In this document: positions 24,284 to 33,287 of the stretch, piece by piece
Layout: each line of letters starts with the position of its first letter
How positions within the stretch are numbered: the first letter of the stretch is position 1
Assembly: GCA_963704725.1 (NCBI GenBank)
Contig: OY969934.1
Coordinates: 3,072,001-3,136,000, forward strand
DNA from: an uncultured Actinomycetes bacterium
GTDB taxonomy: Bacteria; Actinomycetota; UBA4738; HRBIN12
Direction: 5' to 3'
Length of the DNA: 64,000 nucleotides
The notes under the pieces: model-generated
The model's input: only the letters and a program-made list of their open reading frames with translations
The model's database searches: none
Told to the model about the DNA's origin: nothing
Position numbers and translations under genes: made by a program

Positions 24284-25014
24284 CGCTCGCCTCCTGGGTT
24301 CGACCGCTCGCGGACCAGGCGGATCGCCTCGTCGACGCCGCCGGTCCATGGGTCGCCGTGGCCGGGGAGGGCGAGGCCGGCCTCGATGCCCTCGAGACGC
24401 GACAGGGACGCCACGGCCTCGCTCGCGTCCGCGGTGAACGGCGCGACCTGCGGGCCGCGGGCGCCGGTGGTGACGGCGTACGTCGCGAACGCGTCGCCGA
24501 CGAAGAGCACGTCGTGCGACGGCAGGTGCAGGGCCGCGCTCCCCGGCGTGTGCCCCGGCGTGAGGGTCACCCGGGGGCTCCCCGGCACGTCGAGGGTGGC
24601 CCCGTCGCCGAACGTGGCGACCTCCTGCACCTTCGTCGTGCGGAGCCCGCCGTGCAGCGCCGCGTACCACAGGAACCCGAGCAGGGGGCCGAGCTTCGTC
24701 CGGCCGAACCCCTTCGCCGGGTTCGGCACCTCGCCGCGCGCGAGGGCGGCGTCCAGCTCGTGCACCGAGACCGGGACCCCGCGCTCGCGGCGGAGGCGCT
24801 CGGCGAAGCCGATGTGGTCGGAGTGCCCGTGCGTGAGGACCAGCGCGCGAACGTCGGCGACGGATCGGCCCATCGCCGCGAGCTCGCGGGGGATGTCGCC
24901 GTAGAAGCCGGACACCCCCGCGTCGACGATCGTCACCTCGCCCGACTCCTCGACGAGGTACGAGTTGACGATGCTCCGCTCGCCGAGCCGGTGGATCCGG
25001 TCCGCGATCCTCAT
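24280..25014 (-). CDS. MBL-fold metallo-hydrolase
   Basis: THGHSDH, PGHTPG, GDA, PGHG. Confidence 0.92.
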   Translation of the reverse strand: MRIADRIHRLGERSIVNSYLVEESGEVTIVDAGVSGFYGDIPRELAAMGRSVADVRALVLTHGHSDHIGFAERLRRERGVPVSVHELDAALARGEVPNPAKGFGRTKLGPLLGFLWYAALHGGLRTTKVQEVATFGDGATLDVPGSPRVTLTPGHTPGSAALHLPSHDVLFVGDAFATYAVTTGARGPQVAPFTADASEAVASLSRLEGIEAGLALPGHGDPWTGGVDEAIRLVRERSNPGGER

Positions 25015-25146
25015 CGATGAACCTCCCGACCGGCGGATCGGCACCGAGCCTACCGGGTGGGCTTCCTCTCGGATCGCCCCGCCGCCGTAGGCTGGAACCC
25101 GTCGCCGGGCGTCGCCGCCCCGCGTGGTCGGATCGAGGAGGACAAG

Positions 25147-25671
25147 GTGGAACGACTCTCGGGACGGAAGGTCGCGGTGCTGCTCGAGGAGGGGTTCGAG
25201 GACCTCGAGTTCTGGGTGACCGTCATGCGGCTTCGGGAGGAGGGGGCCGCGGTGACGATCGTGGGCACGAAGGCCGGGGCCGCCCACCGGGGCAAGAACG
25301 CGCTGCAGGCCACCAGCGACGTCGCCGCCAAGGACGTCTCGGCCGACGACTTCGACGCGGTCGTCGTCCCCGGCGGGTGGGCCCCCGACAAGCTCCGCCG
25401 GCACGAGGAGGTGACGAGCCTCGTCCGCAAGACGTACGACCAGGGCAAGATCGTGGGCCTGATCTGCCATGCGGGGCTCGTCGGGATCTCGGCGGGGATC
25501 GTCGAGGGTCACCGGGCGACGGGGAGCCTCGGGATCAAGGACGACCTCGTCAACGCGGGCGCCACGTGGGTCGACGAGCCCGCGTTCCGCGACGGCAACC
25601 TCGTCTGGGGCCGAGTCGTCGAGGACATCCCGGCGTTCTGCCGCGAGCTCGTGGCGGCCATCGCCGGCTGA
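25147..25671 (+). CDS. PfpI/DJ-1 family glutamine-amidotransferase-like protein
   Basis: GFEDLE, VPGGWAPD, ICHA. Confidence 0.92.
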   Translation: MERLSGRKVAVLLEEGFEDLEFWVTVMRLREEGAAVTIVGTKAGAAHRGKNALQATSDVAAKDVSADDFDAVVVPGGWAPDKLRRHEEVTSLVRKTYDQGKIVGLICHAGLVGISAGIVEGHRATGSLGIKDDLVNAGATWVDEPAFRDGNLVWGRVVEDIPAFCRELVAAIAG

Positions 25672-25680
25672 TCGCGGCGA

Positions 25681-25969
25681 GTGTCAGACCCGAGGACGAG
25701 CTCGAGCGATCGGCTCGTGGGATCGCCCGCGACGGCGGATGCGCGGTTCCCCGGGTGCGAACGACCACCTGGGTGGTGCGACGCCCACACGTGAGGCACT
25801 GGGCGACGGCGGCGAGACCGGCCTGTCGAACCTCGTGCTCCTGTGCCGGCCGCACCACCGGGTGATCCACCGGGGGTTCGGCGTGGCGATCGTCGACGGC
25901 CTGCCCGTGTTCCGACGACCCGACGGCACTCCGCTCGAGGGCCGCAGCCCGCCGCTCGCGGCCGCCTGA
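25681..25969 (+). pseudogene. Internally deleted second copy of the DUF222-HNH gene
   Basis: GTGTCAGAC half-promoter, a 5' scrap matching about 22043-22067, then a ~245-bp near-copy of 22902-23145. Confidence 0.85.
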
Positions 25970-26062
25970 CCGACGCCCGCGGCCGTCCCGGCTCGTCGCT
26001 GCGGCCGCTCGCCTCCGACCGGCCGGGTCGTTCGGCCTGTACCGTGCGACGAAGGCCAGTCG

Positions 26063-29000
26063 ATGGTCAGGGGTATGGCCGTGTCCTTGAGCCACCAGCA
26101 CCCGCACGCCGTCGAGGAGTCGGACCTGCTCGCCGCGCGGGTGCAGCGGCGGTTCGAGGCCGTGGTGTTCGACTGGGACGGGACGGCGGTCCCGGACCGC
26201 TCCGCCGACGCCGAGCCCGTCCGCCGGCTCGTCGAGGCGCTGTGCGCCGCCGGCGTGGACGTGCTCGTGGTGAGCGGCACGCACGTCGGCAACGTGGACG
26301 GGCAGCTCAAGGCCCGTCCGGAGGGACCCGGCGAGCTCCACCTCCTGCTCAACCGGGGCTCCGAGGTGTTCCGGGTCGACCGGCGGGGTCAGCACCTCGT
26401 CGAACGCCGTATCCCGACCGACGAGGAGAACCACGCCCTCGACGTCGCGGCCAAGCTCACGATCGAGCGCCTGGCCGAGCGCGGCCTTCGCGCCGAGGTC
26501 GTCTCCCACCGGCTGAACCGGCGCAAGATCGACGTCATCCCCGAGCCGGAATGGGCCGACCCGCCGAAGGCCCGCATCGGCGAGCTGCTCGAGGCCGTGA
26601 CAAGACGCCTGGCCGCCGCCGGCATCGCAGGGCTCCCCGAGGCGGTTCGCATCGCCGAGGCCGCCGCCCGCGAGGCCGGCCTCCCCGACCCCAAGGTCAC
26701 GAGCGACGCCAAGCACGTCGAGATCGGCCTGACCGACAAGGCGGATTCCGGCCGGTGGATCTTCGCGACCCTCGGCCGGCTGGGCGTCCCGCCGGAGCGC
26801 GTCCTGGTCGCCGGCGACGAGTTCGGCTCGCTCGGCGGCCTCCCCGGCAGCGACTCCCTCATGCTCGTCCCCGAGGGCGAGGGCGCGGTCGCGGTCACCG
26901 TCGGCGCCGAGCCCGAGGGCGTCCCCGACGGCGTCGTCCCGATCCCCGGCGGTCCGCCCGCCTTCCTCGCGCTCCTCGAGGACCAGCTCGCGCGGCGCAC
27001 GCGGGGCGACGTCCCCGAGCCACTCGCCGACCCCGAGTGGACGATCTCGGTCGACGGCATCGACCCGCGGTTCGAGCGCGTGCACGAGAGCCTGCTGACG
27101 CTCGCCGATGGGCGCGTCGGCACGAGCGGCACCCCTCTCGCGCTGCACCCGGCCGCGTCGCCCGGGGTCGTGGCCGCCGGGATCTACGACGGGCTCGGCT
27201 CCGAGGGCGCCCTCATGACGTGTCCGGCGTGGACCCAGCTCTCGCTGTGGATCGACGACGACGAGGACGAGGTCGCCCGGATGCTCGACCTGCGCTCGGG
27301 GCTGCTCCACGAGGAGACGTTGACCGCCGAGACGGCCGTTCGCTCGGTCCGGTTCGCCAGCCTCGCCCGGCCGGGCCTGGGCGTCCTTCGGGCGCAGTCC
27401 TCGTCCGGGCCCGTGGCCGCCCTGCCGGCGCCGTCGCTCCCCCCGGGGTTGGCGGGCGAGCAGGGCAAGCTCGACGGCGTCCCGTGGGCGCGGCTCGAGG
27501 CGGCGGAGGGCGGCGTCGCCACCGCGGTCACCGATCGCTCGTCCCACGCCCAGGGCCGAAGCGTGCTCGATCGCTTCGCGGCCTACGTCCCCGATCCCAA
27601 CCGCAGACCCCGCAGGAGTCGCGCCGTCCGGACGACCCAGCAGGCGGCCGAGGCCGGGTTCGAGCGGCTGCTCCGGGAGCACCGCGCCGAGTGGGCCGCG
27701 CGGTGGGAAGACGCGGACGTCCGCATCGAGGGAGACGAGGACCTCCAGCGGCACGTGCGTCTCGCCCTGTTCCACCTCATGGCGTCGGTGGCGGACGAGG
27801 GCGAGGCTGCCGTCGGGGCGAGGGGGATGTCCGGCCCCGGATACCGCGGGCACGTCTTCTGGGACAGCGACGTGTTCGTGCTGCCGTTCCTCGCCGCCAC
27901 GCACCCGGCGGCCGCGCGCGCCATGCTCGAGTACCGCATCCGGCGGCTGCCGGCCGCGCGCGCGCTCGCGAACGTCCTCGGTCGCAAGGGTGCGCGTTTC
28001 CCGTGGGAGTCGGCGCACACCGGGTACGACGTCACGCCGCAGACCGGCCGCGATCGCGTGGGGAACGTCACCGCCATCCGCACCGGGCTGATCGAGGAGC
28101 ACATCGTCGCCGACGTGGCGTGGGCGGCCTCGTACTACGTGGACTGGACCGGCGACACGTCGTTCCTGAACGGCCCGGGGTTCGACCTGTTCGTCGAGAC
28201 CGCCCGGTACTGGGAGTCCCGCGTCCGCTGGGACCGCGCCGGCAACGCCCACCTCTACGGCGTCATCGGGCCCGACGAGTACCACGAGACCGTCGACGAC
28301 AACGCGTTCACGAACGTGATGGCGCGGTGGAACCTGCGCCACGCCGCGGAGGTCGCGGAGGGAGACGAACGGGTCTCCGAGTTCGAGCGGCTCCGGTGGG
28401 TGGAGACGGCGGACGCGCTCCTCGACGGCTACGACCCGCACACGAAGCTGTACGAGCAGTGCGCGGGCTTCTTCGATCTCGAGTCGGTCCAGCTCGAGGA
28501 GCTCGTGCCCAGGCGCCCCATCGCGGCCGACCTGTACCTCGGCGCCGACGTCGTCCGCCGGTCCCAGATCCTCAAGCAGGCGGACGTCCTGATGCTCCAC
28601 CACCTCGTCCCCGGCCAGGTCGCGCCGGGGTCGCTGCTTCCCAACCTGGAGTACTACGAGCCTCGCACGGCGCACGGCAGCTCACTGTCGCCGGGGATCC
28701 ACGCCTCGCTCTTCGCCCGCGCGGGACGGCTCGACGAGGCCCTGGCCGCGCTCGACGTCGCGGCCAGGATCGACGTCAACGACCTGACCGGCACGACGTC
28801 GGGCGGACTCCATCTCGCGACGATGGGAAGCGTCTGGCAGGCCCTCGTCTTCGGGTTCGCCGGCGCCCATCCCAAGGACGACGTCCTCGAGCTCGACCCC
28901 GTCGTGCCCGAGGCCTGGGGCCACCTCGAGGTCCGCCTGCGGTTCCGCGGGAGCCGGCTCAGGGTCCGCGTGTCGGCCACGTCCCTCGAGATCCGGGCCG

Positions 29001-29107
29001 AAGAGCCGACACGGATCCGGCTGCGCGGTGGGATGGTGATAACGGTCGGGCCCGGACACCGGCGTTGGTCCCGTTCGAGCCACCGCTGGAAGGAGACGCG
29101 CGCGTGA
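26063..29107 (+). CDS. HAD phosphatase fused to a GH65 glycoside hydrolase/phosphorylase
   Basis: FDWDGT; GYRGHVFWD, GPDEYHE, KQADV, HGSSLS. Confidence 0.9.
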   Translation: MVRGMAVSLSHQHPHAVEESDLLAARVQRRFEAVVFDWDGTAVPDRSADAEPVRRLVEALCAAGVDVLVVSGTHVGNVDGQLKARPEGPGELHLLLNRGSEVFRVDRRGQHLVERRIPTDEENHALDVAAKLTIERLAERGLRAEVVSHRLNRRKIDVIPEPEWADPPKARIGELLEAVTRRLAAAGIAGLPEAVRIAEAAAREAGLPDPKVTSDAKHVEIGLTDKADSGRWIFATLGRLGVPPERVLVAGDEFGSLGGLPGSDSLMLVPEGEGAVAVTVGAEPEGVPDGVVPIPGGPPAFLALLEDQLARRTRGDVPEPLADPEWTISVDGIDPRFERVHESLLTLADGRVGTSGTPLALHPAASPGVVAAGIYDGLGSEGALMTCPAWTQLSLWIDDDEDEVARMLDLRSGLLHEETLTAETAVRSVRFASLARPGLGVLRAQSSSGPVAALPAPSLPPGLAGEQGKLDGVPWARLEAAEGGVATAVTDRSSHAQGRSVLDRFAAYVPDPNRRPRRSRAVRTTQQAAEAGFERLLREHRAEWAARWEDADVRIEGDEDLQRHVRLALFHLMASVADEGEAAVGARGMSGPGYRGHVFWDSDVFVLPFLAATHPAAARAMLEYRIRRLPAARALANVLGRKGARFPWESAHTGYDVTPQTGRDRVGNVTAIRTGLIEEHIVADVAWAASYYVDWTGDTSFLNGPGFDLFVETARYWESRVRWDRAGNAHLYGVIGPDEYHETVDDNAFTNVMARWNLRHAAEVAEGDERVSEFERLRWVETADALLDGYDPHTKLYEQCAGFFDLESVQLEELVPRRPIAADLYLGADVVRRSQILKQADVLMLHHLVPGQVAPGSLLPNLEYYEPRTAHGSSLSPGIHASLFARAGRLDEALAALDVAARIDVNDLTGTTSGGLHLATMGSVWQALVFGFAGAHPKDDVLELDPVVPEAWGHLEVRLRFRGSRLRVRVSATSLEIRAEEPTRIRLRGGMVITVGPGHRRWSRSSHRWKETRA

Positions 29108-29886
29108 GAACGGTCCTGGCGGCGATCGACGGATCCCCGATCTCCCGGGCGGTCCTCGACGTCGCCCGCGAGGTCGCGCGGGTCCTCGACGCCCGGGTCG
29201 ACGCGGTCTACGTCGACGAGGGCAACGGCCCACCCGACGTCGAGGTCTCCTCGGACGAGACGCCGCTTCGCGTGCTCCGGGGCGACCCGTCGGCCGTCCT
29301 CATCGCCGAGGCGTCCGCCGAGAGCGCCGTCGGGATCGTGGTCGGGGCCTGCCGGGAGGTCGGCGGGCCAACGCCGACCGGTCACGTGTCCCTCGACGTC
29401 ATCGGCAACGTCCCCAAGCCCGTGGTCGTCGTCCCACCGAGCACGCCCGAGCGGTACGAGCTCCATACCGTCCTGGTCCCCGTGCTGGGCCGGCCGGCCG
29501 AAGCCCTGGAGAGCGTCGTGCTCCTGGCCGGGAACCCGCAGCTGCACGTCGTCGTCCTTCGCGCGCTCGACGAGCTGTCGATCCCGGCTTTCGAGGACCA
29601 GGCCCACTACGACATGCAGACGTGGGCGGATGAGTTCCTGGCGCGGTGGGTCCCCGGCGCCGCCGCGGACACCGCGGTGGAGGTGCGCATCGGGCCGCCC
29701 GAGGAGCTCGTCGTGGCCGTGGCCCGGGAGGTGTGCGCGGACGTCGTGGCGATCGGCCGGCTGCGGGACGTGCCCACCGCCAGCGCGCCGCTCGTCCTGG
29801 CCGCGCTCGAGCACAGCCCGGTGCCGGTCGTCCTGCTGCCGATCGCCCGGCTGGCGGACGAGCGCGCCACCTCTCGGCGACGCTGA
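29104..29886 (+). CDS. Tandem universal stress protein
   Basis: VLAAIDGSP, PVVVVP, PVPVVLLP; GTGA coupling to the upstream gene. Confidence 0.85.
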   Translation: MRTVLAAIDGSPISRAVLDVAREVARVLDARVDAVYVDEGNGPPDVEVSSDETPLRVLRGDPSAVLIAEASAESAVGIVVGACREVGGPTPTGHVSLDVIGNVPKPVVVVPPSTPERYELHTVLVPVLGRPAEALESVVLLAGNPQLHVVVLRALDELSIPAFEDQAHYDMQTWADEFLARWVPGAAADTAVEVRIGPPEELVVAVAREVCADVVAIGRLRDVPTASAPLVLAALEHSPVPVVLLPIARLADERATSRRR

Positions 29887-29892
29887 CCTGTC

Positions 29893-30123
29893 CTACGCCG
29901 CGTCTTCCACCAGCAGCCGGCGGGTGTGCAGCGCCGGGAAGTCCAGGTTCACCAGCCTGCTCAGGAACGGCCGATCCCGCTGGACCGCCGAGCACTCGAG
30001 CCAGAGTGCCCCGCCTCGCCCGACGGGCGTGGTGGGCGCGTAGCACACCTCGCAGGTCGGCAGCTCCCGCTGGGCGGACTCGAGATAGGCGAGCACCCAG
30101 GTCTGGTCCTTCACCGCGATCAC
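29893..30123 (-). CDS. Small hypothetical protein with CxxC
   Basis: CEVC..LWLEC; divergent from TetR. Confidence 0.55.
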   Translation of the reverse strand: MIAVKDQTWVLAYLESAQRELPTCEVCYAPTTPVGRGGALWLECSAVQRDRPFLSRLVNLDFPALHTRRLLVEDAA

Positions 30124-30149
30124 CTCTCTGTTGCGTCGATTACTTGCGT

Positions 30150-30171
30150 CGATACGGACCGACTCGTATCG
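30150..30171. promoter_or_regulatory. Putative TetR operator
   Basis: Inverted repeat CGATACG-N8-CGTATCG between divergent genes. Confidence 0.65.
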
Positions 30172-30173
30172 TA

Positions 30174-30839
30174 AAGGCGAAGGGGGCGAACGGAACGGGC
30201 CGTCTCGGAATCTTCACAAAGGGACCGAGCCCGCGGCGGGGGCGGCCGCGGAGCGAGCGGGCGCACCGGGCGATCCTGGAGGCCGCCCGCGACCTGATCG
30301 AGGCCGACGGGTTCGCCGGCCTACGCCTGGAGCACGTCGCGGCGCGGGCGGGCGTGGGAAAGGCCACGATCTACCGCCACTTCACCACCAAGGAGGCCCT
30401 CGCCCTCGAGCTGCTCATGGAGCTCGCCTCGCCGCACATCGCCGTCGAGGACGTGGGCGACACGCGGGCGGAGCTCCTCGCCTCGGTCACCCAGCCGATG
30501 CGAGCCCTCACCGACAGCCCGTTCGGGCCGGTCGTCCGGGCCCTGCTCTCGCAGATCGCGATCAACCCCGCGCTCGGCGATCCGTTCCGCCGGAGCGTGG
30601 TCCAGGCCCGGCGCGACGAGATCGCGCTCGTCGTGCGGCGCGGGATCGACCGGGGCGACCTTCGGCCCGACGCCGACCCCGCCCTCGCCACCGAGCTCCT
30701 GGTGGGGCCGGTGTACTTCCGGCTGATGTTCGGCGGCAAGCTCGACCAGGGGTTCGCCGAGCGGGTCGTCGACGCCGTGCTCCTCGGATACGCCGCGGCC
30801 ACGCGTGCCGGCGGACCGAGAACGCCCCCTACCCGGTGA
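30174..30839 (+). CDS. TetR/AcrR regulator (start uncertain)
   Basis: RGRPRS, VAARAGVGKATIYRHF. Confidence 0.88.
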   Translation, partial: KAKGANGTGRLGIFTKGPSPRRGRPRSERAHRAILEAARDLIEADGFAGLRLEHVAARAGVGKATIYRHFTTKEALALELLMELASPHIAVEDVGDTRAELLASVTQPMRALTDSPFGPVVRALLSQIAINPALGDPFRRSVVQARRDEIALVVRRGIDRGDLRPDADPALATELLVGPVYFRLMFGGKLDQGFAERVVDAVLLGYAAATRAGGPRTPPTR

Positions 30840-32490
30840 ACCCCACGTTCAGCAGTCGCAGCTCGAGCGTCGGGTTCACACTCGCGCCGACGACGTTGCT
30901 CTGCATCAGGTAGTTGATGGTCTCGTAGTGCACGAAGATGATCGGCGCGTCCTCGAACACGATCTGCCGGAGCTGCTGGTACAGGCCCTTGCGCTCCACG
31001 TCGTCCGTCGACGTCCGGGCCTGCTCGATCAGGTCGTCGACCGCCGGATTCGAGTACCCGGTCGTGTTGATGTCCCCACCCGTGCGACACACCAGCGCGT
31101 AGAAGTTGTCCGGGTCGATCGTGCGTTCCTGGTAGGCCGACGTGATCTGGTAGTCGCCCGAGATGAACGCGTCGAACCACACCGACACGTCGACCTGCTT
31201 GATGTTCATCGTGATGCCGATCTCCTTGAGCTGCTCGCGCACCACCTCGCCGGTCTTGAGCAGCTCGGGGTACTGGGGCAGCCCCAGGTACTCGACCTCC
31301 AGCCCGCCACCGAGGCCGGCCTGATCGAGCAGGCCCCGCGCCTTGTCCAGGTCCGGCGCCACCACCGCGGCGCCGTCGTGCCACACCGAGCCCGTGGGGA
31401 CCTCCTCGATGCCGGTCTCGCCGGCGCCGAAGTACGCCACCTGGCGGATGGCGTCGCGGTCGAGCGCCCAGTACACCGCCTGGCGCACCAGGGGGTCGTC
31501 GAACGGCGGCTGCATGATGTTCAGCGCCAGGTAGTCGGGGATCCCGGCGTTCGGCGCGGTCACGTAGTTGAAGCTCGCGTCCGAGCTCAGCTCGCCGAGG
31601 TTCTGCAGCGGCACCGCGTCCACCCAGTTCAGCTCGCCCGAGCGCAGGCCGTCGATCCGGCCCTGGTCGACGAGCAGGAAGCGGAACTCCACGCCGTCCA
31701 GGTACGGCAGCCCCGTCTGGAAGTACTGGTCGTGCTTGGCCAGCGTGACGTGGTCGCCCTGGACCCACTCGACGAACTTGAACGGGCCGGTCCCCACCGG
31801 GTTGCGGGCCGGGTCGGCCGACTCGATCGCCACCTGGTTCACGATCTCGCCGTTGTTGGCCAGGTTCGACAGGAACGGCCCGAACGGAGTCTTCAGGTGG
31901 AACGTCACCTGCGTGTCACCCGTCACCTCGACCGAGTCGATCGCGTCGTACAGCGGCGCGTACGAGCTGGCCGTGTCGGGGTTCAGGATCCGCTCGAACG
32001 TGTACTTCACGTCCTCGGGCGTGAACGCCTCGCCGTTGTGGAACACGGCGTTGCCGACGAGGTCGAACACCCACGTCGTGTCGTCCGGGGCCGCCCAGGC
32101 CGTCGCGAGCTGCCCGTAGACGGTCCCGTCCGGGTCGAGGTCGATCAGCTTGTTGAAGATGTTGTCGTAGACCTGCGCCCCCGTGTAGATCGTCGAGGTC
32201 GCCGGGTCGAGCGTGTCGGGCTCGCCCGTGAGCGCGGCCTTGAGCGTCCCGCCGGGCTGGATCGAGCCGCTCGCGCCAGTCGCGCCGGTCGCGCCCGTCG
32301 CCGGCGAGGCCGACGGGTTAGCCCCGCCGTCGTTCGAGCTGCACGCCGCGAGCACGGCGCCCAGGCTCGTCGTCCCGATGGCGAGCATTCCGAGCCCGCC
32401 GGCGCGGCGGAACAGCTCCCGCCGCGAGATCTCGCCCCGCAGGAACCCCTGCGCCAACGCCTCGGCCTGTCGCTGCTGCTTGTTGCTCAT
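30829..32490 (-). CDS. ABC transporter substrate-binding lipoprotein (family 5, Tat signal)
   Basis: ISRRELF, LAAC lipobox, LDP, FHNGEAFT, PVGTGPFK. Confidence 0.93.
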   Translation of the reverse strand: MSNKQQRQAEALAQGFLRGEISRRELFRRAGGLGMLAIGTTSLGAVLAACSSNDGGANPSASPATGATGATGASGSIQPGGTLKAALTGEPDTLDPATSTIYTGAQVYDNIFNKLIDLDPDGTVYGQLATAWAAPDDTTWVFDLVGNAVFHNGEAFTPEDVKYTFERILNPDTASSYAPLYDAIDSVEVTGDTQVTFHLKTPFGPFLSNLANNGEIVNQVAIESADPARNPVGTGPFKFVEWVQGDHVTLAKHDQYFQTGLPYLDGVEFRFLLVDQGRIDGLRSGELNWVDAVPLQNLGELSSDASFNYVTAPNAGIPDYLALNIMQPPFDDPLVRQAVYWALDRDAIRQVAYFGAGETGIEEVPTGSVWHDGAAVVAPDLDKARGLLDQAGLGGGLEVEYLGLPQYPELLKTGEVVREQLKEIGITMNIKQVDVSVWFDAFISGDYQITSAYQERTIDPDNFYALVCRTGGDINTTGYSNPAVDDLIEQARTSTDDVERKGLYQQLRQIVFEDAPIIFVHYETINYLMQSNVVGASVNPTLELRLLNVGFTG

Positions 32491-33287
32491 CCTCTCTGCC
32501 CCCTTACCCAGTCCAGGAACGTGCGGTTGAACGCGGCCGGGTGCTCCCACATGCAGGCGTGGCCGCCCTTCGAGGTGGCGAACTCCGAGCCGGGCACCTC
32601 CTCGAGCAGGCGCCGGCTGAGCCGTACCGGGATCAGGATGTCGTTCTCCCCGCACAGCACGAGCGTCGGTACGCCGACCCCCTTCATCCGGCCGGTCGTG
32701 TCATGCGTCTGGATCACGTTGAGCTGCGCCAGGTAGGCCTCGACCGACAGGTCCATCGCCGCCATCTCGGCCTCGAACTCCTTGGCCTCCTCCTCACGCT
32801 CCTCGAAGAACGGGACCGTGAACGCCCACAGCGTGACGTCGCGCATGATGAACGGGACCCCGTTGACCGGCGCCATGTCGTGCCACATCGCGAACATCCG
32901 CGAGCAGAACGGGCCGGGCGCCGCGTACGTGCACGCCAGCGTGAGCGACCGAAGGTCGGCGCCGTAGTCGATGGCGTACTCCTGCGCGATCATCCCGCCC
33001 ATCGAGACGCCCATGAGGTGGAAGTCCCGCAGGCCGAGCTCGTCGACCAACGCCTTGGCGTCGTCGGCGAGCATGCGGCTCGTGTAGGGGCCCTCGGGCT
33101 TGCTCGTCTGGCCGACCCCCCGGTTGTCGAATCGCAGGACGCGGTAGCCGGCGCCGAGGAGGTCCTCCATCTGGAAGGCCCACGTCTCGAGGTCGTCGGC
33201 CAGACCGTTGACGAGGACGATCGTCTCGGGGCCATCGCCCTCGAGCTTGTAGTTGACCTCGATGCCGTTGACGCTCGCCGTCGGCAT
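32487..33287 (-). CDS. Alpha/beta hydrolase
   Basis: DNRGVG, GVSMGG, GEND, GGH. Confidence 0.92.
   Translation of the reverse strand: MPTASVNGIEVNYKLEGDGPETIVLVNGLADDLETWAFQMEDLLGAGYRVLRFDNRGVGQTSKPEGPYTSRMLADDAKALVDELGLRDFHLMGVSMGGMIAQEYAIDYGADLRSLTLACTYAAPGPFCSRMFAMWHDMAPVNGVPFIMRDVTLWAFTVPFFEEREEEAKEFEAEMAAMDLSVEAYLAQLNVIQTHDTTGRMKGVGVPTLVLCGENDILIPVRLSRRLLEEVPGSEFATSKGGHACMWEHPAAFNRTFLDWVRGQRG

Noticed and set aside
9982-25969. Integron/attC-type cassette array
   Set aside because: No tyrosine recombinase or attC-like hairpins; the recurring junction motif is better explained as a promoter
25550-29886. Very long alternate-frame ORFs (25550-28675 minus, 25843-29886 plus; similarly 46794-50597)
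   Set aside because: Shadow ORFs typical of high-GC DNA, Arg/Pro/Gly-rich and overlapping well-supported genes; only the USP tail is real
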